DNA of 62,494 nucleotides, counting the filler, from Choristocarpus tenellus KU-1152 (Eukaryota > Protista > Phaeophyceae): NCBI GenBank assembly GCA_964200185.2. It is 7 parts of 7 records of this genome, joined end to end, with 100 filler letters (N's around TTAATTAATTAA, not from the genome) between each part and the next. Parts side by side here need not be neighbours in the genome. Positions count along the whole stretch, not along the records: positions 26,877 to 37,764 come from CAXNAD020002647.1; positions 37,865 to 41,355 come from CAXNAD020019668.1; 5 more parts are not named here. One strand, written 5' to 3'. A model generated the notes under the pieces. That model worked only from the letters and a program-made list of their open reading frames with translations. It did not search any database and was not told where the DNA came from. Below, piece by piece: positions 26,877-38,060 of the stretch (positions within the stretch are counted from its first letter, which is position 1; every line of letters starts with the position of its first letter). Position numbers and translations under genes: made by a program.

Positions 26877-28302
26877 AAAGAAAAGGGGGATAGAGGAGTG
26901 GGGGGGGGGGGGGGGGGGGGGGGGGGGCAATCAAGACAAATGCGGGTTTTACTTGCACACTCTATGAACATAGAACAGAGGTCAGTTACATACAGCCGGA
27001 AGCAAGAGATTAAGGGTTAGGGTTAGGGTTAGGAGAAAGTGTTGTATCGTGAAGGAGATCAGGAGGATACATCCATGTTCATCTACATGTTCATGTCCAT
27101 GCCATAAACACTGTTTACATCCATGTTGTGAAGACACAACACCCTCAAGAACACCCTTCCCCTTCTGAGTCCTCTCATACACGAATGGTGCATGCGTTAA
27201 AGTTAAGAGGGGCAACAACTTCATCCCTCCAATCACAACTATCACACTGATGCAAATCTGTCACAAATACCAAGTCAAAATACTCATTGGGGTCAAACCT
27301 AACCCTAACCCTTGCATCGTACCACAAATAAGTAAAATTAATTAATAGGCAACATAGATTCTAAAAGCACACACACACACATAGACACACACTCTCAAGC
27401 AAAACACTGGATGGGCCTACTACTACCAAGACTTTAACAAAAATGATAAGTTAGAGATTTTAGAACAAGAACAGCGCCCAACAACTCCTTAACACTAACT
27501 CTTCATCCACCCCTCAACCTTTGAACATCACTCAACACCACCATAGTAAAGTCAGTAGGATGTATCCCCTCACTGCAACACTTGATCACACCTCAGTCAT
27601 GCATAACGTCTTCCATAGTACGTACGCAGTATCATGTACCATACTAAATCCCGCGCTGTACCCTTTTCGTGACACATATACCTTCTCGTGTCTTGTACCA
27701 AGAAACCAATACAACATCGTCCTCGCATGTACCAAACACCTCCCTAACCCTAACCCTTCTCTAGCACACAACAAACCACCTCCAACTACAAGACATCCTA
27801 ACTACACAATAGCCTAAGCCTAAGCCTAATTCTAACCCTAGTCCTAAGCCACGGTCCCTTTGTATGCTGTGTTCCTTCCAACATCTCATCCAACTATGCA
27901 ATAACTAATCTAGCGCTGTCACAGTAGGGTCTTCAACCCATCGCTTCCTCCACTAACGTACAACTCACAACATGACTTTGGAAGCATCGGTTTGTGTAGC
28001 CAACATGAGACCCTGTGACATACCGCCTCTTCAGCACCAGGGGGGTACACAAGCACAAGACCACCTGAGCCCAACACACCCCCGAGCGCGCATCCAATTC
28101 AAACACGGAAACGCCTCGAAGGACATCGCACTCCACTGCCTCAAACTCACAAACGCCCCAGCTAGCTGTAGCACCACACCATTGACTCACAAGTGGAGTA
28201 TCTCAGTCGACTCAATGGCCCCCTTAGGCATTCAGGCCTCCTAGGAGGAGTTAGAAAAACTGTTTTGACTCAACAACAACGCAAACTTGAGGACAACACA
28301 GA

Positions 28303-28343
28303 CTAACCCTAACCCTAACCCTAACCCTAACCCTATCCCTAAC
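28303..28343. repeat. Interstitial telomere-like (CCCTAA)n tract; shorter tracts at ~27013, 27296, 27742, 30395, 32571, 34094, 34599, 35020, 35337, 35594, 36190, 36593, 37144
   Basis: ctaaccctaaccctaaccctaaccctaaccctatccctaac read directly. Confidence 0.9.
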
Positions 28344-29275
28344 AAAATACAGGAGCAGCAACAGGCAAAACAAGAATATGGTGAGCTTGGCATTGGTCGT
28401 GCCCACCACTGGCATATCAACTTGACCCCCCCTAGAAGCTCCACAGGAGCATCCTATCCCTTGCACTAAAAAAATAAAAACAAGAGAGGCAGGAAGGGAG
28501 GCAGGGAGAGAGGCGCAGTGCCCCCTGAAATATTCGGGGACCAGTGCACAACAAAACAGCAACCCCCTTAGAGCCAGAACTATGATATACTCCATCTTAA
28601 CACAGCCCCAATGGCAGGACTAAACAAGGAGTGGTACTTCAACTCATTAAAAAAATTGCACACAAGTACCCTTAGAGAACAATTTGCAAGAATATTCAAT
28701 TCATCTTGGGGTTTGCGTGTCAGGGTATTGCTACTGGGTCCCTTCACATTCATGCCATAGTGCTACAAGTCCTTCCTCCCTCTCCTCTCCCTCCCTCTTC
28801 CATCAAGAGCTCAAACATCTTCTGGTAGGCTTAACTTAAAAATCCCATATATATTTTTTTTAATTCAATTCTGCACACCATCAAATATGTCGTCTTAAGG
28901 AGAGCCGCCACATGCAGCAGTATCAAGTCACTACTGACATTTTGAGGTACACGTGACATTTCCAGGTATAGGTGTACCACAACGAAACACCACAACAAAC
29001 CAAAATCAGCCCTACTGCTCTTCATCGATATTTTGATGGAAGAAACGCCTTACAGGCTCTACATTGATAGTGCAAAATTTGGACAGGATACTAGTACATG
29101 ATCGAGATAGCATGACCTGTTTCACACTAAACAGTGGCCAAGAGGGGCAGCTTAAGCTTATATAGCTTATGCCAATCAGACAAGAGGTGAGAAAACACCT
29201 GGTGAACATCCAACAGAGTAGGGCACAAGGTGACGTGTGTGGACACATCCAGAAAAAAAAATAGATGAAAGAAAC

Positions 29276-29365
29276 CAAAAAAAGGTACAGGGTTGATTTC
29301 AACAGCGGCCAATCAAAAAAGGTACAGGGTCGACTTCAACAGCGACCGACCAAAAAAGGTACAGG
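29276..29365. repeat. Minisatellite, ~37-bp unit x ~2.4
   Basis: caaaaaa(a)ggtacagggt(t/c)ga(t/c)ttcaacagcg(g/a)cc(aat/gac) repeated. Confidence 0.8.
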
Positions 29366-30072
29366 AAGTGACCTACTGTTGAAGCATGTTCACGCCTGAC
29401 CCATATCTCACCAAAAATAGTGAAGGCGAATCCACTCTTGTCTACAAACCCACTAACGATAATCAACAAAAAGGCCTTCTGAGATCTACAAAATTTCACT
29501 CATTCGAAAAAAATACATGCATCCCACGCATGACTATATAAAAATTAAGAAAAAAGCGGTATTGTGATTGGCATGAAGAGATACCCTTCCGCATTGCAAC
29601 CCACCACACTTCTCACCCTGTGCACTACACTCTATTTCACTGCTTTAAACAAACATCACAAATGAAAACACTTCCAAAAACGAAACCCCCTTCTGCTGTG
29701 CCCACCATACTTTTCCCTGCGGTGGTCAGTCCCTAGTGCGGTCAAATATCTAAAAAAATAAAATGTCAAAAAAAGATACAGGTACCCTTTACAGAACAAC
29801 CAATCACAGTGGGTATTCATCAGAAGGTGCACACTACAATTTAAAAAAAAATAGACAAAACCACTATAGCACAAACCAAGATATGCAGGTTTAGCGTTAG
29901 GGAGATTAGAGTCAGGGCGCCAACGCTCCTACAAACAATAAAAACATTTTTCCATCCCCACGGTGAACTACACGAAACTGTGATACCATCAGTTACACAA
30001 AAAAATAAAAAACAGAAAACTTCTTTATCCCGGCACATGAGAACAATTTTTAAAAAAATCCCTCTCGACAAG

Positions 30073-30103
<31 letters not shown>

Positions 30104-30215
30104 TTGTAAGCTTGCATACACTAGTTACGTTTGTATATAGTAGTCACAATAACAACACTAAAAGGGAAAGGTACTGAAAGGTAAGATACAGGTACAGGAC
30201 CATCATCTGACTCAC

Positions 30216-32179
30216 ATGAGTTTTTGGTCGCCGTGCCTGCGTCGGAGATCATTCGGGCCCGCCCAGGTGAACCTGGCTGTCCATCAAAGAAGTCTTCCTG
30301 CATTACAGCAGGCACATCACAGACCAAGCTCCTCGGCCTCGCCAGGTCTTCCCACTTCTTAAACTTTCCTCCTGGAAGAAGGACGGGATCAACATTAGGG
30401 TTAGGGTTAGGATTAAGGTTTTTTCCGATCTCTTTTGCGTGTCTTTCACCGGGAACATAATGGTTTCTTGGAGAATTGTACTTTCATTCATTCAAGAGCG
30501 GCGCTTCAACATAGAATATAAACTCGGTGGGGGCTATTGGAGGGTACCTTGGTAGGCATCAAGAACAACCACATCTGGAAAAAAAAAACATACTTTCAGC
30601 GATATTTCAAAACTAGCCCAAGGCCTGTTCCGGAGCATTTTCCACTATTTCAACCCACACATCATAGTGGTACCCAACTTCCCCTGCGCTGAGCTGGTGA
30701 CAGTCATCAATAATTTCACCATGAAGGCTTTAGAAGATGTCGGAAGAGTGACGGACAAGCCCGAGGGTGTCATTTTGCAATACCGTACCTGAAAGCGACC
30801 TTTCCATGGGCAACAGAACTGTTTCACCACACTGAATGAAAATCAAAACACAAATTTGTTGTTCAGTCGCTCTGACAGGATATCCTCGTGCATGGCTTGA
30901 AGATGTGATGCAAACAAATGAGGTTGCATAAAGAGCAAAGTTTTTTTCATGTTAATCGGAACCAGTAGCATGCGTTTGAGTTGTAACTTGCACTATCCCC
31001 CGCCCCTTGCAAGTACGGTTATCATTTATCGTAATTATTATGTAAGTATCATTATTATTATTCTCATTGCTATTATCATAATTATCAACAACAGCACTGC
31101 TATCGTCATTGATGTCATCACAATTATGATCAACATCGCAAGTCAGTGTTGGGACTACTCATGAGATAGCAGCTCTACTCAAAATCACCATACAACTGAA
31201 AAACCAACACCAACAGAATGCAAGAGATTTCCTCAAATATACACACATACATAACCCCTACCACATATTCTTTACTTGACTCACCCTCAAACAATGCATA
31301 CTTGTACTTGTGCGGGTGGTTTCTGGGCACGATGATGGGCTTCTTGGTCCTCCAGCGAGGGTATTCTTCAGGTGTTGTGACCATCTCTAACACCTAGCAA
31401 TAGTACAATGAAAGGTTCCATATACAGTAGCCAGTATAGAGGTACTTGGGACATCAAGGTGCAAGGAAGTTTTAGGGGAGTAACAGAATTTGATTGTACC
31501 CGCACTCACGGCACTCCAGAAGATTGGGGGAATGGTGGATTAGGAAATCTAAAACAACGTTGTTTAGGTTGAATAAAATGCTGCAAATAAGAACCGGTGC
31601 GGTAACAGGATGATAACAGTTGAGGAGTTGTAGGGGAGCGTGCTGTTGCCTGCTGGTGTTTGACGGTTCAGGAAGGTTTCTTGGAACAGCACGTTGAACT
31701 GTCTAGTATCTATAGCTATGTGCGGTAAAGGTAGGACATGGTTGTTCTACGCTGTGAGCGCAACAGCAATCATCAAACTTCACCTTGTCCGACGCTATGT
31801 GGTATATGTGGGCACCTTGAAGACTCTAGGTCTCTGGGCCGATAAGGTGACAAGTGTTGAGGAAGTGGATGAAAGGGGTGAAGGCATCCTGGGCAATGGC
31901 ACATTCTGGGTTGCATCCCTATTTGACTATAATCAATGTCATCGTAAGAACATGTGCCCCGTACAAGATCTTTTTCTTGACCAAACATATGCCACTTGCT
32001 ACATGGAGAAGACTCACCACAGAGGGATCATACACCCCTGCCAGTAATGAGGATCCAGAAACCCGTACAGTCTGACCGAACTCCGTTTGGCAAGTGACAG
32101 TGAGGTGAAGCCTACTGAACTTGCCATGACTGGAAGGGGGTACACCTGAGCTCCCCTTATGCCTCACCCCAGCACTCAT
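30216..32179 (-). CDS. CBM20 (starch/glucan-binding) domain protein, first three exons; possibly a CBM20-trehalose-6-phosphate synthase; 3' part not located
   Basis: Exons 32179-32018, 31393-31285, 30371-30216 splice in frame to MSAG...RLHLTVTCQTEFGQTVRVSGSSLLAGVYDPSV|VLEMVTTPEEYPRWRT...HKYKYALFEG|GKFKKWEDLARPRSL, matching the CBM20 pattern (T..G+.v.v.Gs...G.+dp...m....yP.W...YKY....WE...R). The fused catalytic domain is not seen. Confidence 0.75.
30430..30800 (-). pseudogene. Possible pogo/DDE_1-like transposase remnant inside intron 2 of the CBM20 gene
   Basis: Broken frame ...SSDIF*SLHGEII...DVWVEIVENAP...DVVVLDAYQG resembles pogo IFKG / W...VW / LVLDAFxGH; heavily degraded. Confidence 0.3.
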
Positions 32180-32674
32180 CTCAGCGACCTTCCAGGGGCA
32201 GAGATTCTCTAATACTCTAACTGGGATTACCCAAAGCTAGGTAGATAAAGTCTTATATAGATTCCAGAGCGGAGCGTCTGTCGTGGGGGGGAGCGCGAGG
32301 GTATACCAAGCCAGTTTGGACTATTGTGACCGCGCCCCCCAAATCTTGCTTCCTCTATGTATTATAGGAAGTGTCTCGACTAGAGTGACCTCCTCATGTG
32401 CAGCAATCCTATCCTCCACGGTGTGGCACTCACGGCACACCCCTCAATCCTTCCAAGCCAGACACCAAGGAGCTTTTCAGGATACTCTTATATGGTCGGA
32501 GTAACAGTTCCTTCACGTCAATGTATAAGTTGAGCTTTGTTAGCATTCTCATTCGGGAAATACAAAGTTGCCCTAACCCTAACCCATGACTTTGGAAGTT
32601 GAGGTTCAAATATTGAGACATGTTGATAACCACAGGTTGAATCTTTCCAAAAACACTGCAAGCCTTCGATAACC
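32180..32674. promoter_or_regulatory. Putative bidirectional promoter between divergent CBM20 gene and RlmL-like gene
   Basis: Only ~495 bp between the two divergent ATGs (32179 minus, 32675 plus); no specific motifs identified. Confidence 0.45.
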
Positions 32675-35224
32675 ATGAAGATGAGATGTCAAATCACCCA
32701 GAGATCTCTAATAGCATGTATATTGTGTATCCGCATGGGGATCGCCTTCCAGCTGTGGTCTGGAATCCACCTTACATACAGATCAAACACACAGGTGGTT
32801 TCCAAGGATTGTTTGGAAGCGTGTCAATCAATTGCTGGTGGAATGGGTCGCCGACGCAACGCGCCTTACGATTACCGGCATGTCCTGGCAGCATCGCTCG
32901 GTGAGGAAGAAGGTAAAGATGATGTGCCCTCCATCGAGGAGCGGGCTGAGGTTACACTTCGTAGATTGTCCAGGGCAGAACTTGAGGTGGTGGCAAAAAA
33001 GCTTTCCCTGCCTTCTGATGCTGAAACTGATGATATTGTACATCAGGCGGTTGTAATATTAGTAGAGAAGATGTCGCAAAGGGACGCCCGGCAGATACGA
33101 GGTGGCGAGGCCCCTGCTCGTACACCACCAAAAGCGGGGGTAGAAGGCGGTAGGGAGGTGACCTTTGAGGATGGTGATCGACCAAGGCGTTCGCGTCGTG
33201 AGCGTGAGCCAGAGCCGCCATTGTCGCCTGGAGAAATAGAGTATTTCGCATCGTGCCCGAGGTGAGGAGTGAGGAGAACCACTTACGTTCGACTATAAGA
33301 TGGTCACTGGAGTTGTTAGGCTGCATAGTGAGACCCGTCATTATCCATGCAAGTAGACCCCCCTTGCACTTTGGCTTATATTGCTTAGGTAGGGAGATTA
33401 TAGGTGGGTCTTTGGTGAAGGAATTTAAGTCACCAATTTATGTTTCCCTCTTCTGTCTGTCGCTCGTGTGGCAAGTCCGTATTAACTCAGCAGTAGTATC
33501 CTCTCAACAAAAGCGTTACTCTACAGACTACGCAAGAGGGAAGTTAGACCCCTCGGTCCTTGAAATAGTGTTGGTGGGTATACTTCAGAGCAGGAAATGT
33601 GTTGGAAGGGTAAGTAGGGGCTACGATGAGTGGATGAACTGGAGGTGATTGTGCTATAGCTACGCGGATACACGTATTTCCCGTACTTAGTAACATATCT
33701 ACTGTGCCTGAGAGAAAGAGCTGGAGTTAAGATAAGGGCAAGGTTTTGGTGTCTATCTGTGGTGACTCAAATCTCATCGACCTAGGCACTACTTATCTTA
33801 AGAACTCTGAGTATGCATGGCTTATGATTGCATTAGTGCAAGATGGAAATTATTGAGTAAGGTTCTTGCATCGAACATCAAATGTAGCACATACTTGATG
33901 GAGTTCTTAAGAGAAGTGGGGCCTAGGTCAATGTCATATGATTAATCATAGATAGACACCATGACCTTACCCTAATCCCAACTCCACCTTCTACTCTGAA
34001 GCAAAGCAGTCGAATACATGGAATTGAGAAGTCGGATCTAAAGAGAATGCATGTAAGGAGCACAACTCTCACTCCCACCCCAGTGCCCTTATCCCTAACC
34101 CTGATCCCCACCCCCATGGGATAACTACCATGCCATTCACTACAACAGGGGCCTTGAGACAGTTCTCAAGCAGGAGCTCTTGTCACCCTTGATAAGGGCT
34201 ACATATGCCCGGACAAGTGGTGGGGGTTGCCGCTTCCGGGGCAACCAGGCCGTTGGCTACAGAGCTGTGCTCTGGGTACGCACCGCTCACCGCGTCATGG
34301 AGCTTGTTGGGGAGGGTGGCAGCAGCTCACCCGAAGACTACTCTGCCCCCATCGATAGCCCCGAGGCGCTGTATGATGTGGCAGCCGGGGTGGAATGGGA
34401 TAAGTACATGAGAAGCGACCAGACTCTCTCAGTAGATGCTGTGGTGGGTGTTGTGCCCTTGGGCCTGACGCACACGCACTTCACCGCCCTCACCGTCAAG
34501 GTGTGTGTGTGTGTGTGTGTTTTTTTTCCTTCTCTTTTTTTTTCTGGGTCGTAATTGTAACTGCAATGGGAGGGGGCGAGAGCTATTGGGTGTTTTGTAG
34601 GGGTTAGGGTTAGAAGATGGTGTGAATATTGCTGTTCCTTCCGTGTCCACTGTTTTGTATCGTCTTGCTGCTGTAAATTGTTTGTGAGACGCCTCCTTTC
34701 TGGAACCCTTTCAAGGCCCTACTGATGCCACTTGAGGATATCCGCACAAGGTACAAATGTCCTTCGTTGAAGACTGGGGTTTGGCCCATGTGATGAAGGA
34801 TCCCCAAGGGTATTTCAGTTGAAAGAGACAAGCTTGTAGCATGGAATGGAGGAGAGCAAACTTGGGGGGGGAAAGTACTAGCATCTAGTAAGCAAGAAAC
34901 AAGAGCAGCAATGCTATGTGCTGTTGGAAATCATTGCTTTGTACTACCATTAGTCAGAATCCCTTCTGCCTTTCGACTCCACAATGCTCTGGACATAGTC
35001 TGTCACAAAAAATGGTTAGTAACCCTAACCCTAAACCTAAGTAGTTCCTCGGATCTAGCAGTGCGATCTGTCAACTGCTGTGCTTCCCAATGAATCAAAC
35101 ATTCTACTTCAAGATCACACTTTTCGCCGATCTTTTTTTTTTCTTGCTTCTTTTTATTTACTGTTTACGTACTGCTACTACTCTTTTCTATCCTCGAGAA
35201 AATAAATGTTTTTTTTTAATGCAA

Positions 35225-35258
<34 letters not shown>

Positions 35259-35735
35259 TCGGTTCGAATGACATAGGTCGCGTTCAGATCCGCCCTCCCA
35301 AGGACAGGAATCTTCGCCACCAAGTATGGACTGTTGCTAACCCTAACCCTGAACACACACTCTACCTATCCCTCTAACCCTGACCCTTACCCTGCACCCA
35401 TACACTGCACACAGAACGCAGTTGTGGATCAGTTCCGAGAGGTCGGTCAGCGCCCGTCAGTTGAAACAGAACAGCCCGATCTGCCTATCGTTGTATACCT
35501 GGACCGTGGCAGAGTCCTTATATACAGGTCAGGCACTGGTGGCGATCTATAGAGTCTGTTTCAGTGGTCTGCTGGGGCTGGTTTGTATCTTGATAGGGTT
35601 TAGGGTTAGAGAGTAACCCTAAACCCTAAACCCTACCCCTATTGAATCTGACTTGTGAGGGTGTTTATTATTTTTTACTTGTGCACCTTTCTTCCTAGGG
35701 TCAATTGAGGAACATCACCGCCCCCCCAAAAATAT

Positions 35736-35766
<31 letters not shown>

Positions 35767-37618
35767 TATCGATTTTCTCGGGGGACTTTTTTCTTGTGCT
35801 GACCATGGATAAGATGGTGGCATTTTGATAAGTCTGTTTGATACTCCCTCTCTCTGTTCATCACTTCAGAACAGTTTTCTGAGATAGGGTATGAATGCAC
35901 GAGATGGTATTGGATTCCCGTTGTTTTGTTTTGTTTTTCGGGGGGGGGGGGGGTCTTGCCAAAATGCATTATGAGGTCACCCAAAAGTCTAAGCAAAATT
36001 CAAATTTTAATTAAGTCTTTTACCTTTTCTGATCAGTCCACCGCGAGTCCGTAAGAAAAGCCTTCCCAATGTAGAATTTTTTCCTTCCCCCCCTCCCTCC
36101 CCCCCAAAAAAAAAGAAAAGAGTTGAGCAAAAAAAAAGTAACTGAGAAGGATGATATAATGGCGAAGTTCCGGACGGAAGTTGTAGTTTTTAGGGTTAGG
36201 GTTAAGGTATAGTGCCTTGGAAGGCATGTATTGTAGAGGTGCAAAGGGTGAATGAAAATGCGGATGTGGGGAGTGGAGGGGTTGTGTTGAAGATTTGGAG
36301 TTGGGTTGCTACAGAGAAGTTGTTGCTAAGTGATTGTTCAGTATAGTTTGTTGGCGTTTGTTAATGAAGAGTGTTGGGGGGTTTTATCGATTTTTTTTTG
36401 TAAAGTAGACAAGTTTGTCGTCCTTCTACTCTCTGCAGCTATTTCAGGTTGGAGTAGCACATACACATAATGTATGTATAGATATATGTATGCCATCACA
36501 TTGAAGCAGGCAGACCCACAATTATGTCTGACAGGTGCAGTAGAACTTTGTCATATGTGAAGGTAAAGGCATGGTCAGTACATTACACTTCAACCCTAAC
36601 CCTAAACTTCAACGAACAGGTGTCTAAACCGTTTCTGCCCATTCCCAAAATGGAGTCATTCCTGAAAGGTACAGAATTTTAGAGTGAATGTATCTTGGAG
36701 AGTACGACTCTTCCCTGTTTGTCCATTTGGGGCTTGGCTTCCCACAGGGTTTTTATGACATTTTAACTACTCCGAAATGTTTCGGAGTAAGTAAAATATT
36801 TACGTTATGAAAAGGTGTGTCCGGAACAAGGATATTGACATCTCCTAACAAAAACGATACCCAAAATTACATCGAAATCACAACATCGGATTTCAGTCCC
36901 CAAATGGATGCTGTCGTACCCTCTAGGATACTTTGACTCAGTAGGCTACAGTAGTTTTCCTTCCTATTGCATCAAACGTTATCAAGGCGATATAAAAGAT
37001 ACATATATTTGTACAAGTTCCACCTGTGAAGGCGTTGTGTTGACCTTCACCTCTCCACTTCTCCCTCCCTGACTCTCGATCCCCACGATTTCTCGCATCT
37101 CCAACTCCAAAATATAAATAAATAAGAATTCCTTGGTTCTATCTCTAACCCTAACGCTAACCCTCCTGGTCCAAGCAAGCAGATGTCTCAGCGGGTCCAG
37201 GTCCATGCACAAGCGTGGATACCGTGATGCCATGCATGTTGCCTCGCTAAAGGAAAATATCGCCGCCGGCTTACTCCTGGCAAGCAAATGGGACCCAGAG
37301 ACCCAGACACTAGCCGACCCCATGTGCGGATCTGGCACTTTGGTGATAGAAGCTGCTCTGATCGCAATGCGACGTGCACCTGGCCTGGTGGCCATGGGTC
37401 GGTTTTCTGATATTACGGGGGGTGGGGCGGGGGGGGGGCGGCATGGGGGGAGGGGCGGTGGGACGTCTGGATGGATGCCCATTGTCTCCTCGTGGCCGGA
37501 CTTCGATGAGGAGGCATGGGAGAGGGCGGTGGATGAGGCTATGTCTGAGGCGAGGTCGACCCCTCCATTGAGGATCTTGGCCAATGACTGGCATGAGGGG
37601 GCACTATCTCTGGCATAT
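32675..37618 (+). CDS. rlmL: THUMP-domain SAM-dependent rRNA (guanine-N2)-methyltransferase, RlmL/YpsC family; probably plastid-targeted; 3' exons missing
   Basis: Exons 32675-33261, 34149-34500, 35415-35527, 37183-37618 splice in frame: YFASCPR|[10 protein letters not shown]...[13 protein letters not shown]...[10 protein letters not shown]|NAVVDQFRE...[10 protein letters not shown]...YR|[14 protein letters not shown]...[12 protein letters not shown]...W...[24 protein letters not shown]. These are diagnostic RlmL motifs. The NPPY-containing part is absent before the gap. Confidence 0.9.
36682..36939 (+). mobile_element. MITE family A copy in intron 3 of rlmL-like gene
   Basis: gagtgaatgtatcttggagagtacga ... 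tcgtaccctctaggatactttgactc. Confidence 0.9.
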
Positions 37619-37864
37619 GTGAGAATTTGTGACGGGGGTTGAGGGCTTGGCTGAGGTCCGGAGAGGGGTTAGGGAGTGGGAGGATGGGGGAGAGGGGGGG
37701 GGGGGGGGTGGCGATGGAGCAGAGCTTTTTAAGACTTCAAATGAAAAAGTTTGTGGGAAGGATTNNNNNNNNNNNNNNNNNNNNNNNNNNNNNNNNNNNN
37801 NNNNNNNNTTAATTAATTAANNNNNNNNNNNNNNNNNNNNNNNNNNNNNNNNNNNNNNNNNNNN

Positions 37865-38059
37865 TTTCGATGTAAATTTGGCTATCGTGTTTGTTAGGAA
37901 GTGTCAATATCCTTGTTCCGAAGACACCTTTTCATAACGTATACATTTTACCTACTCCGAGATATCTTGGAGTAGAAAAATGTCATAAAACCCCCGAAAG
38001 AGACCAAGCCCCAAATGGACAAACAGGGAAAACTCGTACCCTCTAAGATACTTTCACTC
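37865..38059 (-). mobile_element. MITE family A partial copy at contig start, abutting transposase exon
   Basis: Reverse complement of family A, ending tcgtaccctctaagatactttcactc. Confidence 0.9.
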
Positions 38060-38060
38060 A

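Noticed and set aside
28303-28343. True telomere or chromosome end
   Set aside because: Tracts are short, interstitial and occur in both orientations.
26877-29250. Exon-like fragments resembling another transposase (IQFKHGNASKD; ILMEETP)
   Set aside because: Motif resemblance too weak and fragments do not chain; left unannotated.
29276-29365. ~37-bp repeats as a CRISPR array
   Set aside because: Head-to-tail tandem units with no unique spacers, no cas genes, eukaryotic context.
32755-32780. VVWNPPY methyltransferase motif IV in an alternative frame of rlmL exon 1
   Set aside because: Lies in a short overlapping frame upstream of the THUMP domain, in the wrong position; chance match.
36982-37584. 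200-aa minus-strand ORF and similar antisense ORFs (8698-9219, 54188-54727)
   Set aside because: Antisense shadows of real exons.
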